A stretch of DNA of 64,000 nt from a virus: positions 96,001 to 160,000 of the IMG/VR virus record IMGVR_UViG_3300043418_000120; one strand, written 5' to 3'. The position numbers were made by a program, and so were the translations under genes. The notes under the pieces are model-generated. The model ran no database searches and was not told the DNA's origin. It worked only from the letters and a program-made list of their open reading frames with translations. Position 1 is the first letter of the stretch; each line of letters begins with the position of its first letter. Positions 29,097 through 35,802 of the stretch are shown one piece after another.

Positions 29097-29627
29097 TTAG
29101 AACCACAACCAAATACCTTGGGTCATCAGTAGTAGGGCTAGTCCACCCACACCCCAAGATCCCCAGTACATTCGCATATCAACTGCGATGATCGATGCAG
29201 ACAACAGCACGATCGCAAGCTGGAACAACATACCAGAGAACGTCAGCCATGGGCTGTGTAGCTTGGCTTCATTACGGGCATCTTTAAGAGCTTGAGCTTT
29301 TGCCAACAATTCTTTCTTACCTTCTTTAGTCTTTGGGTCAGACTCATAACGATCGATCTTCTTTTGTAGCTCTGCTTTACGCTTTGGGTCTTTGGCTTCT
29401 TCGAGCTGTCCCTCAGCAATAGACTGCTTGATAGACTTAGCTTGGAAGAAGCTGTATGTGTCAGACGCTTCGATCAAGTTCGTCATCGCTTGACCACTGA
29501 ACGAGTTAGCATAGTAGGTGTTAAGTGCTAGGAACAGCGCCATCACAACAATCACTAGACCAGCGCGGTCTTTGATAGCAGCTTCGCGTTCGCTGCGTGT
29601 AGGGGTCTTTTTAATTTCTTCTGTCAT
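29097..29627 (-). CDS. DUF4337-like membrane protein
   Basis: FFQAKSIKQ, LFQLAIVLLSASI. Confidence 0.7.
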   Translation of the reverse strand: MTEEIKKTPTRSEREAAIKDRAGLVIVVMALFLALNTYYANSFSGQAMTNLIEASDTYSFFQAKSIKQSIAEGQLEEAKDPKRKAELQKKIDRYESDPKTKEGKKELLAKAQALKDARNEAKLHSPWLTFSGMLFQLAIVLLSASIIAVDMRMYWGSWGVGGLALLLMTQGIWLWF

Positions 29628-29628
29628 A

Positions 29629-29802
29629 TCATTCCTTCGGTTTCTTAAACCAGTATGTTGTTTGTAGTACACGCATCACTGCGTCGCCTGTTGTGTTGTT
29701 TAGGCGAGCTGCCCACTCAACGAAATAGCACCAATCGCGTTCTGCGTCTTCTTGACCAGAAGCCCATGCTTGGTACATATGTTGTAAGTGACGTGAATCC
29801 AT
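29629..29802 (-). CDS. Small hypothetical protein
   Basis: 57 aa MDSRHLQHMY...; GAGG RBS. Confidence 0.55.
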   Translation of the reverse strand: MDSRHLQHMYQAWASGQEDAERDWCYFVEWAARLNNTTGDAVMRVLQTTYWFKKPKE

Positions 29803-29817
29803 GTCAACCTCTCGTAT

Positions 29818-29967
29818 TTATTTGATGAACATCAAGACTTTGGCTGTCACAACTGCGACCCCAACGACCAACATCATGAACACTGCCGCTACTGTTATAA
29901 CGAAGATGGCAGCAAGCCCAACACCATAGCTCAACAGCGTATTCCATTTATTCTTTAGTTCTTGCAT
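29818..29967 (-). CDS. Small membrane protein
   Basis: 49 aa hydrophobic MQELKNKWNTLL... Confidence 0.5.
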   Translation of the reverse strand: MQELKNKWNTLLSYGVGLAAIFVITVAAVFMMLVVGVAVVTAKVLMFIK

Positions 29968-29968
29968 G

Positions 29969-30751
29969 TTAGCGCCCTGTCCAAACTTTCGGTGCAGCCT
30001 CTAATCTGCGTTGTTCTTCTGTCTTTGGAATCCACTCTGTTCCAAGCTGTGGATACTTTCTGATACGATCCTCAATAACGAAAGCAATCATTATACCCAC
30101 GGCTGCACATACAACCACTGCAGCGATCCCAATGATCATTTCTGCCCACATTTTCTCTATTCTTTTTCGTCTTCTGATGGCTGCGGAGCGATCATTTCGC
30201 ATCTGTTTTGCAATCAGGACACGCTGGGTAGCGCCCATCTGTTTCATCATCGCTTCTACTTCAGTGTAGAGAGCGCCAAGTTCTGGGGGAGATTGGTACA
30301 CCATCAGCTCGCGAAGGTCAACTGACATCTGTTCTAGCTGCTTACGCATCAGTACGCGCTGAAGAGCACGTTTACCAAGAGAGGCGTCACCAGTGTATAC
30401 TTCGTTTTCGGCGCGTCGCTCTTCTTCTTCCATGATGGCTAGGCACTTATAGAAGTTGTCGTAGTAAGCTCCAAGGTGTTCGCCGATCTCACGGTAGATA
30501 CCCTCGTGTTCGCCAGAGTTGGCCTTCTTGTTTAGCTCAATGACTTCGTTCTTTTGACGAATGTATTGATTCTTCTGCTCTACGGTAGCAGGTTTTTCTG
30601 GTGGGTGGAGCTTGTGGAACTGATCATCAAGGTCTTTGAGAACGTCTTTGACTTCTCCAGCAGCACTCTTGATGTCTTTGTATAGCTTACACCCTGCCTT
30701 GACGGCAGAGACTGCGCCGTTCGCCAGCGCAAAGAGCGTTAATGGATCCAT
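29969..30751 (-). CDS. Hypothetical coiled-coil membrane protein
   Basis: MDPLTLFALANG..., C-terminal TM helix. Confidence 0.7.
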   Translation of the reverse strand: MDPLTLFALANGAVSAVKAGCKLYKDIKSAAGEVKDVLKDLDDQFHKLHPPEKPATVEQKNQYIRQKNEVIELNKKANSGEHEGIYREIGEHLGAYYDNFYKCLAIMEEEERRAENEVYTGDASLGKRALQRVLMRKQLEQMSVDLRELMVYQSPPELGALYTEVEAMMKQMGATQRVLIAKQMRNDRSAAIRRRKRIEKMWAEMIIGIAAVVVCAAVGIMIAFVIEDRIRKYPQLGTEWIPKTEEQRRLEAAPKVWTGR

Positions 30752-30808
30752 TTTCTTCTTATTGTTATCAGGAATCTCGAACATATTTAGGATTGTTCGG
30801 ACTTTGAC

Positions 30809-30926
30809 TTGACATTAATCCAGTGTAGTTGTATAATAACAGTGTTGGGTTTGATGTTAGGACTAAGTATAACCTTGGAGTCAGTAGGGTTATCTGCTTG
30901 ACATTAAACATGAACTGAGGTATAAT
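30809..30926 (+). promoter_or_regulatory. Two tandem sigma70 promoters (30809-30837, 30898-30926)
   Basis: TTGACA-N17-TATAAT twice; degenerate palindrome at 30871-30891. Confidence 0.8.
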
Positions 30927-30932
30927 TGATCC

Positions 30933-31229
30933 ATGATGAATGAAAGACAAACAGAGGTGATGCGAATCGCCCAAGAAGAGTCAGCTGAAATCATCCAAGC
31001 AATCAGTAAGGTTCTGCGTTTCGGTAAAGACAACTGTCATCCAGACAGCACTCAAACGAACGCTGAGCATCTAGCTGAAGAAGTTGGTGACATGCTGTGT
31101 ATGATCGAACTACTGATCGAAACAAAGGTTGTTAGTGAGAGTCAGGTACAGAAGGCTGCGAGGTTGAAGCGCAATAAACTTCGGAAATGGTCAAAAATAT
31201 TTTCCGAAAAAGATGAAAATTGTGCTTGA
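30933..31229 (+). CDS. MazG-like nucleotide pyrophosphohydrolase
   Basis: EESAEIIQAISK...EEVGD. Confidence 0.8.
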   Translation: MMNERQTEVMRIAQEESAEIIQAISKVLRFGKDNCHPDSTQTNAEHLAEEVGDMLCMIELLIETKVVSESQVQKAARLKRNKLRKWSKIFSEKDENCA

Positions 31230-31254
31230 CTGTTATAAATAAAAGAGGTATAAT
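31226..31254 (+). promoter_or_regulatory. sigma70 promoter with embedded late promoter
   Basis: TTGACT-N17-TATAAT with TATAAATA at 31234-31241. Confidence 0.8.
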
Positions 31255-31289
31255 AGATACCTCTAAACGAATTAAGGATTTAATCTTCA

Positions 31290-31409
31290 ATGTTACTCTG
31301 TCAAAGTTATCACCAGCCGATGAAAGCCACTTTGTGGTCTGGAGATACACGCACAGCAGTATCATTCGGCTCAAATCCAGAGATTAGTGTAGGGGTGTTA
31401 GAGGTATAA
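31290..31409 (+). CDS. Putative attenuator leader peptide (39 aa)
   Basis: AAGGA RBS; MLLCQSYHQPMKATLWSGDTRTAVSFGSNPEISVGVLEV; terminator follows. Confidence 0.55.
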   Translation: MLLCQSYHQPMKATLWSGDTRTAVSFGSNPEISVGVLEV

Positions 31410-31434
31410 GAAGTCCAAACTTCAAACCAAAGCG

Positions 31435-31465
31435 CCCCAAGAGATGAAAGTCCTTGGGGTTTTTT
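31435..31465 (+). terminator. Intrinsic terminator (attenuator)
   Basis: CCCCAAG...CTTGGGG-TTTTTT. Confidence 0.8.
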
Positions 31466-31481
31466 GTTTTGTAGCTTGAAT

Positions 31482-31750
31482 AACCTTACAGTTCGTAAGG
31501 TTATCGCTTGACAATAAATTGAATGTCAGGTATAATTGATGTTCTGATGTTGATAAGGTGCTAAAGTTAAAGACCCTACGGTTCGTAAGGTTACTAAAAT
31601 TAGTGCTTGACTTAATTGATGACTTCAGTTATAATTGAGGTTCTGATGTGATGTGCTAAGATTGAAGTGCGAAAATTGCTGAATTGCTATGAACTTCGAA
31701 AATAGTGCTTGACATTATAACAGAAATAAGGTATAATTCTTAGTTCTGAT
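31482..31750 (+). repeat. Three ~100-bp tandem promoter units (31508-31536, 31607-31635, 31709-31737)
   Basis: TTGAC-N-N17-TATAAT each followed by GTTCTGATGT; palindromes before the first two. Confidence 0.8.
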
Positions 31751-31765
31751 GTTCTTTAAAAATTT
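31750..31765 (+). promoter_or_regulatory. rrn-type boxA antitermination site
   Basis: TGTTCTTTAAAAATTT, ~10 nt before the first tRNA. Confidence 0.6.
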
Positions 31766-31775
31766 ATCGCCATGT

Positions 31776-31850
31776 GCACGATTCGTCTATCGGTTAGGAC
31801 GCTGCCCTTTCAAGGCGGAAAGACGAGTTCGATTCTCGTATCGTGTACCA
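31776..31850 (+). tRNA. tRNA-Glu(TTC)
   Basis: Cloverleaf, loop CTTTCAA, CCA. Confidence 0.9.
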
Positions 31851-32082
31851 TATTAAAGCGTATTGGGTTACCAATACCAGTAGGTGGCTATGATGGTTCG
31901 AAGATGCTCGACGGAGCACGCTGTCATAGTTACAAGAAAGACGGAAACGCCCTTGCGGTGGAAACAGTAGTCGCGCTGGATTAGGTTGGCTTGTAATGTG
32001 TTTGATGACCAGTCGCTAGACGTTAGCGTGGTAAGCCTACGGTGTAGGTTGTTGTCATTCATCCCAGTATGTTTTAATATGG
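31848..32082 (+). ncRNA. Unknown structured RNA closed by a 20-bp stem
   Basis: CCATATTAAAGCGTATTGGG pairs with CCCAGTATGTTTTAATATGG. Confidence 0.55.
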
Positions 32083-32087
32083 TAAAT

Positions 32088-32163
32088 GCGGGTAAGGTGT
32101 TTATGGATACACACGAGTCTTCCAAACTTGAGTAGACCAGATCGTTACTGGCTACCCGCTCCA
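32088..32163 (+). tRNA. tRNA-Gly(TCC)
   Basis: Loop CTTCCAA; T loop ATCGTTA. Confidence 0.85.
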
Positions 32164-32173
32164 TGTTTTGTAT

Positions 32174-32248
32174 ACCCGATTAGCTCAGAGGTAGAGCACT
32201 CGCTTGATAAGCGATAGGTGAGTGGATCGTTACCACTATCGGGTACCA
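32174..32248 (+). tRNA. tRNA-Ile(GAT)
   Basis: Loop TTGATAA. Confidence 0.88.
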
Positions 32249-32253
32249 TGTTT

Positions 32254-32316
32254 TAGGATAGGTTCTGCAAATAACACTGCTAACTTTGGATGTCTAGCGA
32301 CAAAAACTATCCTGTT
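32254..32316 (+). ncRNA. CWGCAA-scaffold RNA copy 1
   Basis: AGGATAG-GTTCTGCAA...CTATCCT-GTT. Confidence 0.7.
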
Positions 32317-32322
32317 GATTTT

Positions 32323-32407
32323 GGAAGTGTAGGAAAATTGGTAACCCCAGGAGACTGTAAATCTTCCGCCTCTGGCATTGTTGGTTCAAGTCCAACCTCT
32401 TCCACCA
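32323..32407 (+). tRNA. tRNA-Tyr(GTA)
   Basis: Loop CTGTAAA, long variable arm. Confidence 0.88.
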
Positions 32408-32540
32408 ATTTCGCTGTCGAGAGGCAGTGATACGTTCCCAACATTAGGGTTGGGCGTGTTAAAGTTCGGGTCTTCACCAGAAGGTCTTTTCGGTTGCCAC
32501 GATAGAGCAACGGCTAAAGTTCGTAATGCCACAAATTCAT

Positions 32541-32616
32541 GCTTCGTTAGCTCAATTGGGAGAGCACTGCACTGTCACTGCAGAGGTAAGGGGATCGAAA
32601 CCCCTACGAGGCGCCA
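32541..32616 (+). tRNA. tRNA-Asp(GTC)
   Basis: Loop CTGTCAC. Confidence 0.9.
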
Positions 32617-32620
32617 ATTT

Positions 32621-32691
32621 TAGGATGAGTTCTGCAACAAAAATAGAACACCAAACTTTTAATTTGACATGTTCGTCAAAATCATCCTGTT
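32621..32691 (+). ncRNA. CWGCAA-scaffold RNA copy 2 (Lys-UUU anticodon loop)
   Basis: AGGATGA-GTTCTGCAA...CAAA-CTTTTAA-TTTG...TCATCCT-GTT. Confidence 0.7.
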
Positions 32692-32697
32692 GTATTT

Positions 32698-32772
32698 GGG
32701 GGCAGTAGAGGGCTACGGGTAACCCTTGCAAGGTTGCTGTCTAGATCGGTTCGATACCGACGGTCTCCACCA
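32698..32772 (+). tRNA. tRNA-Ala(TGC), atypical D arm
   Basis: Loop CTTGCAA; G3.U70; ACCA. Confidence 0.7.
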
Positions 32773-32859
32773 AGAGCAAATAGAAGTCTTGTTTTGATGC
32801 ATGGCTTCTCAATGTTTGTTAGTTTCAATGGGTGTTATAGAAACTACCACTAATTTTAT

Positions 32860-32934
32860 GCCTTGTTAGCTCAGTGGTAGAGCTCCCTCCTTACAAGTGG
32901 GATGTCGGCGGTTCGAACCCGTCACAAGGTACCA
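32860..32934 (+). tRNA. tRNA-Val(TAC)
   Basis: Loop CTTACAA. Confidence 0.88.
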
Positions 32935-32939
32935 AACAT

Positions 32940-33031
32940 GGAAAGTAATGCAGCTGGGATGGTCCGGCGACCAGCCTTGAAAACTGGGTTCTCAGAAATG
33001 GGATGGGGTTCGACTCCTCTGCTTTCCGCCA
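32940..33031 (+). tRNA. tRNA-Ser(TGA), 8/4 fold
   Basis: Loop CTTGAAA; 8-bp acceptor stem, 4-bp T stem; G73. Confidence 0.8.
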
Positions 33032-33036
33032 AAATT

Positions 33037-33111
33037 GCGTTGTAAACTTTGACGATGAAGTCTCGGCTCTTAACCGATGGGAAGATAGTTTGAATCTATC
33101 ACGACGCACCA
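33037..33111 (+). tRNA. tRNA-Lys(CTT), divergent
   Basis: Loop CTCTTAA; T loop TTTGAAT. Confidence 0.7.
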
Positions 33112-33173
33112 AAGCCTCGCCATGACACTCGGCGTATAATGAGATAAGTGATGTGTTCCGAAGATTACTTTGG

Positions 33174-33248
33174 GGTGGGTATAGTGTAGTGGTAGCACCC
33201 AACTCTGTGAAAGTTGTAGTATGGGATCGTTACCCATTATTCACCCCA
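33174..33248 (+). tRNA. tRNA-His(GTG)
   Basis: Loop CTGTGAA; G-1:C73. Confidence 0.85.
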
Positions 33249-33260
33249 AAGTAATTTTGT

Positions 33261-33336
33261 GCCTCTGTAGTTCAACGGATTAGAATACGGTGCTACGAAC
33301 GCTGAGACGGGAGTTCGATTCTCTCCAGAGGTACCA
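33261..33336 (+). tRNA. tRNA-Arg(ACG)
   Basis: Loop CTACGAA. Confidence 0.9.
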
Positions 33337-33347
33337 AAAAGATTTTC

Positions 33348-33421
33348 GCCCTATTAGTATAATGGCATTACACCTGTTTTGTAATCAGGTTACGGCAGTT
33401 CGATTCTGTCATGGGGCACCA
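33348..33421 (+). tRNA. tRNA-Thr(TGT)
   Basis: Loop TTTGTAA. Confidence 0.85.
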
Positions 33422-33430
33422 GTTGACCAT

Positions 33431-33551
33431 TAGGTTCATTTCAGCAATCAAAAATAATCTTTCTGTAAAAAAGAGGGTCTGGGTTCGAATCCCAGCGGTG
33501 AGTTGGTCTTCACTGTGGTGTAATGGTAGCACGAAAAAAGTTGAACCTGTT
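33431..33551 (+). ncRNA. CWGCAA-scaffold RNA copy 3 (fully permuted tRNA with GUA anticodon)
   Basis: AGGTTCA-TTTCAGCAA, anticodon arm, T arm, closed acceptor stem, D arm, TGAACCT-GTT. Confidence 0.8.
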
Positions 33552-33557
33552 TAACAT

Positions 33558-33632
33558 ATCGCATTCGACTTCAGGTGAGGTCATCAGCCTTTCAAGCTGA
33601 CTAGACGGGATCGTTACCCGTATGCGATACCA
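33558..33632 (+). tRNA. tRNA-Glu(TTC) copy 2
   Basis: Loop CTTTCAA; T loop ATCGTTA. Confidence 0.85.
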
Positions 33633-33640
33633 AGAATTAT

Positions 33641-33719
33641 TCCGTAGAATCCAAGCAAGGTGCAAGGACGTGACTGTTAATCACTGATTAGACTGGTTCG
33701 ATCCCAGTGTACGGAGCCA
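33641..33719 (+). tRNA. tRNA-Asn(GTT), atypical D arm
   Basis: Loop CTGTTAA; GCCA. Confidence 0.75.
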
Positions 33720-33872
33720 GTATTAGTCGGAGTAATTAACCGAAAAGTAAATAGTAGACGATCTCGCCATCTCGGTCGTCTTTGCAGTGTATACTGCGTC
33801 AGCTTGGTTGCACAAGTTGAGAAACACTGGGGTAAGAGTCCCAATTGATCGATGTGCACTAATTGTTTTCGT

Positions 33873-33948
33873 GGGGGTATAGCTCATCTGGTAGAGCAGG
33901 TGCTTTGCAAGCATCAGGTGGCGGGTTCGAGTCCTGTTGCCTCCACCA
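33873..33948 (+). tRNA. tRNA-Ala(TGC)
   Basis: Canonical; loop TTTGCAA. Confidence 0.92.
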
Positions 33949-33957
33949 AGTTTTTAT

Positions 33958-34031
33958 CTGGGTATAAGATAGTGGTAGTCTCCGAGCCTTGGATGCTTGA
34001 AGCGGGAGTTCGATTCTCCATTCCCAGACCA
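33958..34031 (+). tRNA. tRNA-Pro(TGG), divergent
   Basis: Loop CTTGGAT. Confidence 0.75.
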
Positions 34032-34040
34032 ATTTTTTGT

Positions 34041-34118
34041 TGGGGTATCGCCTAGTCTGGCCTAAGGCAACGGTCTTTGAAATCGTCATCATCAGTTCGA
34101 ATCTGATTACCCCTGCCA
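34041..34118 (+). tRNA. tRNA-Gln(TTG)
   Basis: Loop CTTTGAA. Confidence 0.88.
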
Positions 34119-34181
34119 GTTTTTAAGGAAATTCAAAATGAAAGTATTAAAACGAAAACCCCGAAAGTGTCGAAAGCGCAT

Positions 34182-34258
34182 GGGTCTATAGTTTAACGGC
34201 AAAAACATCTGGCTTTTAACCAGTAAGACTCTCGGTTCGAATCCGAGTAGACCCACCA
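34182..34258 (+). tRNA. tRNA-Lys(TTT)
   Basis: Loop CTTTTAA. Confidence 0.88.
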
Positions 34259-34359
34259 TATAAAAACATACTTGCTGAAGTTGGTTCAGTTAGACAGGGA
34301 GATCCAATTGCCTATGTCGTTGAGTGTGTTTTTATATGGTATATAAGTATATACTACAT

Positions 34360-34434
34360 TCCAGTGTAGCACAGCGGTAGTGCAGTTGACTGTTAATCAA
34401 TTGGTCGTTGGTTCGATCCCAGCCACTGGAGCCA
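34360..34434 (+). tRNA. tRNA-Asn(GTT) copy 2
   Basis: Canonical; loop CTGTTAA. Confidence 0.92.
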
Positions 34435-34443
34435 AATTTTTAT

Positions 34444-34517
34444 AGCGGGTAGGGTGGTCACCACTCCAGTCTCATAAGCTCGGAGCATCGGCAGTTCGAA
34501 TCTGTCACCCGCATCCA
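34444..34517 (+). tRNA. tRNA(CAT), atypical, 1-72 mismatch (initiator-like)
   Basis: Loop CTCATAA; A1/A72; reduced D arm. Confidence 0.65.
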
Positions 34518-34521
34518 TTTT

Positions 34522-34580
34522 TAGGATCCGTCCAGCAAATTACCTAATTCAACTTGTAATTGAAAAATAAGGATCCTGTT
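34522..34580 (+). ncRNA. CWGCAA-scaffold RNA copy 4 (Thr-UGU anticodon arm)
   Basis: AGGATCC-GTCCAGCAA...TTCAA-CTTGTAA-TTGAA...GGATCCT-GTT. Confidence 0.75.
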
Positions 34581-34587
34581 GATATTT

Positions 34588-34663
34588 GCCCTTATAGCTC
34601 ATCTGGTAGAGCAACCGCCTTGTAAGCGGTAGGTGGTCAGTTCGAGTCCGACTGAGGGCACCA
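34588..34663 (+). tRNA. tRNA-Thr(TGT) copy 2
   Basis: Loop CTTGTAA. Confidence 0.92.
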
Positions 34664-34671
34664 TTTATAAT

Positions 34672-34748
34672 CGGAATGTAGCGCAGTCTGGTAGCGCACC
34701 TCGTTTGGGACGAGGGGGTCCAAGGTTCGAATCCTTGTATTCCGACCA
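34672..34748 (+). tRNA. tRNA-Pro(TGG) copy 2
   Basis: Canonical; loop TTTGGGA. Confidence 0.93.
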
Positions 34749-34765
34749 ACACTTTGAAAGATAAC

Positions 34766-35029
34766 ATGACAACAATTAACCCTATTAAGAACAACTTGTA
34801 CATTGCTCAGAACAAGAAAGAAGATACCACTGAGATGGGCATCATTATTTCTAATGGTCTTGGTAACACTGCCTCTGCGTATGTGTTGGCTATTGGTCCT
34901 GACATTACAGAATGTAAAGTAGGTGATACAGTTTATGTTGACTGGTCAAAGAGTTACCCAGTAACTATTGACGGTGCGCAGCGTGCGATGATCAAGATTG
35001 ATCATGTGATTGCTGTCGTTGAAGAATAA
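34766..35029 (+). CDS. groES: GroES-like co-chaperonin
   Basis: INPIKNNLYI, TEMGIII mobile loop, VLAIGP...KVGDTV. Confidence 0.8.
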   Translation: MTTINPIKNNLYIAQNKKEDTTEMGIIISNGLGNTASAYVLAIGPDITECKVGDTVYVDWSKSYPVTIDGAQRAMIKIDHVIAVVEE

Positions 35030-35030
35030 T

Positions 35031-35106
35031 CTCGCCATGGTCTAACGGATAAGGCAACGGTCTTCTACACCGTCCGATGGGAGTTCGAATCTCTCTGGCG
35101 AGGCCA
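35031..35106 (+). tRNA. tRNA-Arg(TCT)
   Basis: Loop CTTCTAC. Confidence 0.88.
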
Positions 35107-35113
35107 AAGATTT

Positions 35114-35219
35114 TAGGTTAGGTTCTGCAAACAAAATTAGCTGGTTCGATTCCAGCATTATCCACCCAGTCGAAAGACACTCGGATGATGTGCCACGGTG
35201 GCAATCAAACTAACCTGTT
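35114..35219 (+). ncRNA. CWGCAA-scaffold RNA copy 5 (T arm-acceptor-D-like arm)
   Basis: AGGTTAG-GTTCTGCAA; GCTGG-TTCGATT-CCAGC; ATTATCC/GGATGAT; CTAACCT-GTT. Confidence 0.78.
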
Positions 35220-35228
35220 GTATTATAA

Positions 35229-35305
35229 GCGGATGTGATGGAATTGGTATACGTGTTGGTCTTAGAAGCCAAATTTTGTGAGTTCGAGTCTCACCATCCG
35301 CACCA
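35229..35305 (+). tRNA. tRNA-Leu(TAG), short variable loop
   Basis: Loop CTTAGAA. Confidence 0.85.
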
Positions 35306-35316
35306 ATTTTTTTTAT

Positions 35317-35392
35317 GCCTGGATAGCTCAGTTGGTAGAGCGGCAGATTGAAAATCTGCGCGTCGGCGGTTCGATCCCGTCTCTAGGCACCA
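35317..35392 (+). tRNA. tRNA-Phe(GAA)
   Basis: Loop TTGAAAA. Confidence 0.92.
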
Positions 35393-35398
35393 GTTTAT

Positions 35399-35475
35399 TA
35401 CGGAGTAGTTCCAATTGGCAGAACGGCGGATTCCAAATCCGTTAGTTGGGGGTTCGAGTCCCTCCTCCGTAGCCA
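35399..35475 (+). tRNA. tRNA-Trp(CCA)
   Basis: Loop TTCCAAA. Confidence 0.88.
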
Positions 35476-35481
35476 GATTAT

Positions 35482-35557
35482 GGTGATGTAGCTCAGTTGG
35501 CAGAGCAGCTCCTTCATACGGAGACGGTCGGGAGCTCGGATCTCTCCATCACCACCA
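35482..35557 (+). tRNA. tRNA-Met(CAT)
   Basis: Loop TTCATAC; unusual T loop CTCGGAT. Confidence 0.75.
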
Positions 35558-35717
35558 AGTTTTGAGATAGACGTTTGGATGAGTCCCTTATGTGCTAGTG
35601 CCCTATTCTTGAGCATGACACACCAGTAGCGGCATAAGGTTGTTAAACTCTCCTATACGAGACAAGCCCAGCGAGTCCTTGAGAAAGATAGTTGGAACTC
35701 TCAAAAACCTATAATAT

Positions 35718-35791
35718 GCGTGTGTAGTTTAATGGTAAAATCAGACGTTGCCAACGTTTAGTTGAGAGTTCGATTCTCTCCACCCGCACCA
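35718..35791 (+). tRNA. tRNA-Gly(GCC)
   Basis: Loop TTGCCAA. Confidence 0.85.
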
Positions 35792-35802
35792 AACATAGTC
35801 AT

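Noticed and set aside
31482-31750. Possible CRISPR array or tandem repeat
   Set aside because: Units are promoters with degenerate similarity; no identical repeats with unique spacers; no cas genes
31772-34092. Short ORFs listed across the tRNA array
   Set aside because: They overlap tRNA genes; spurious
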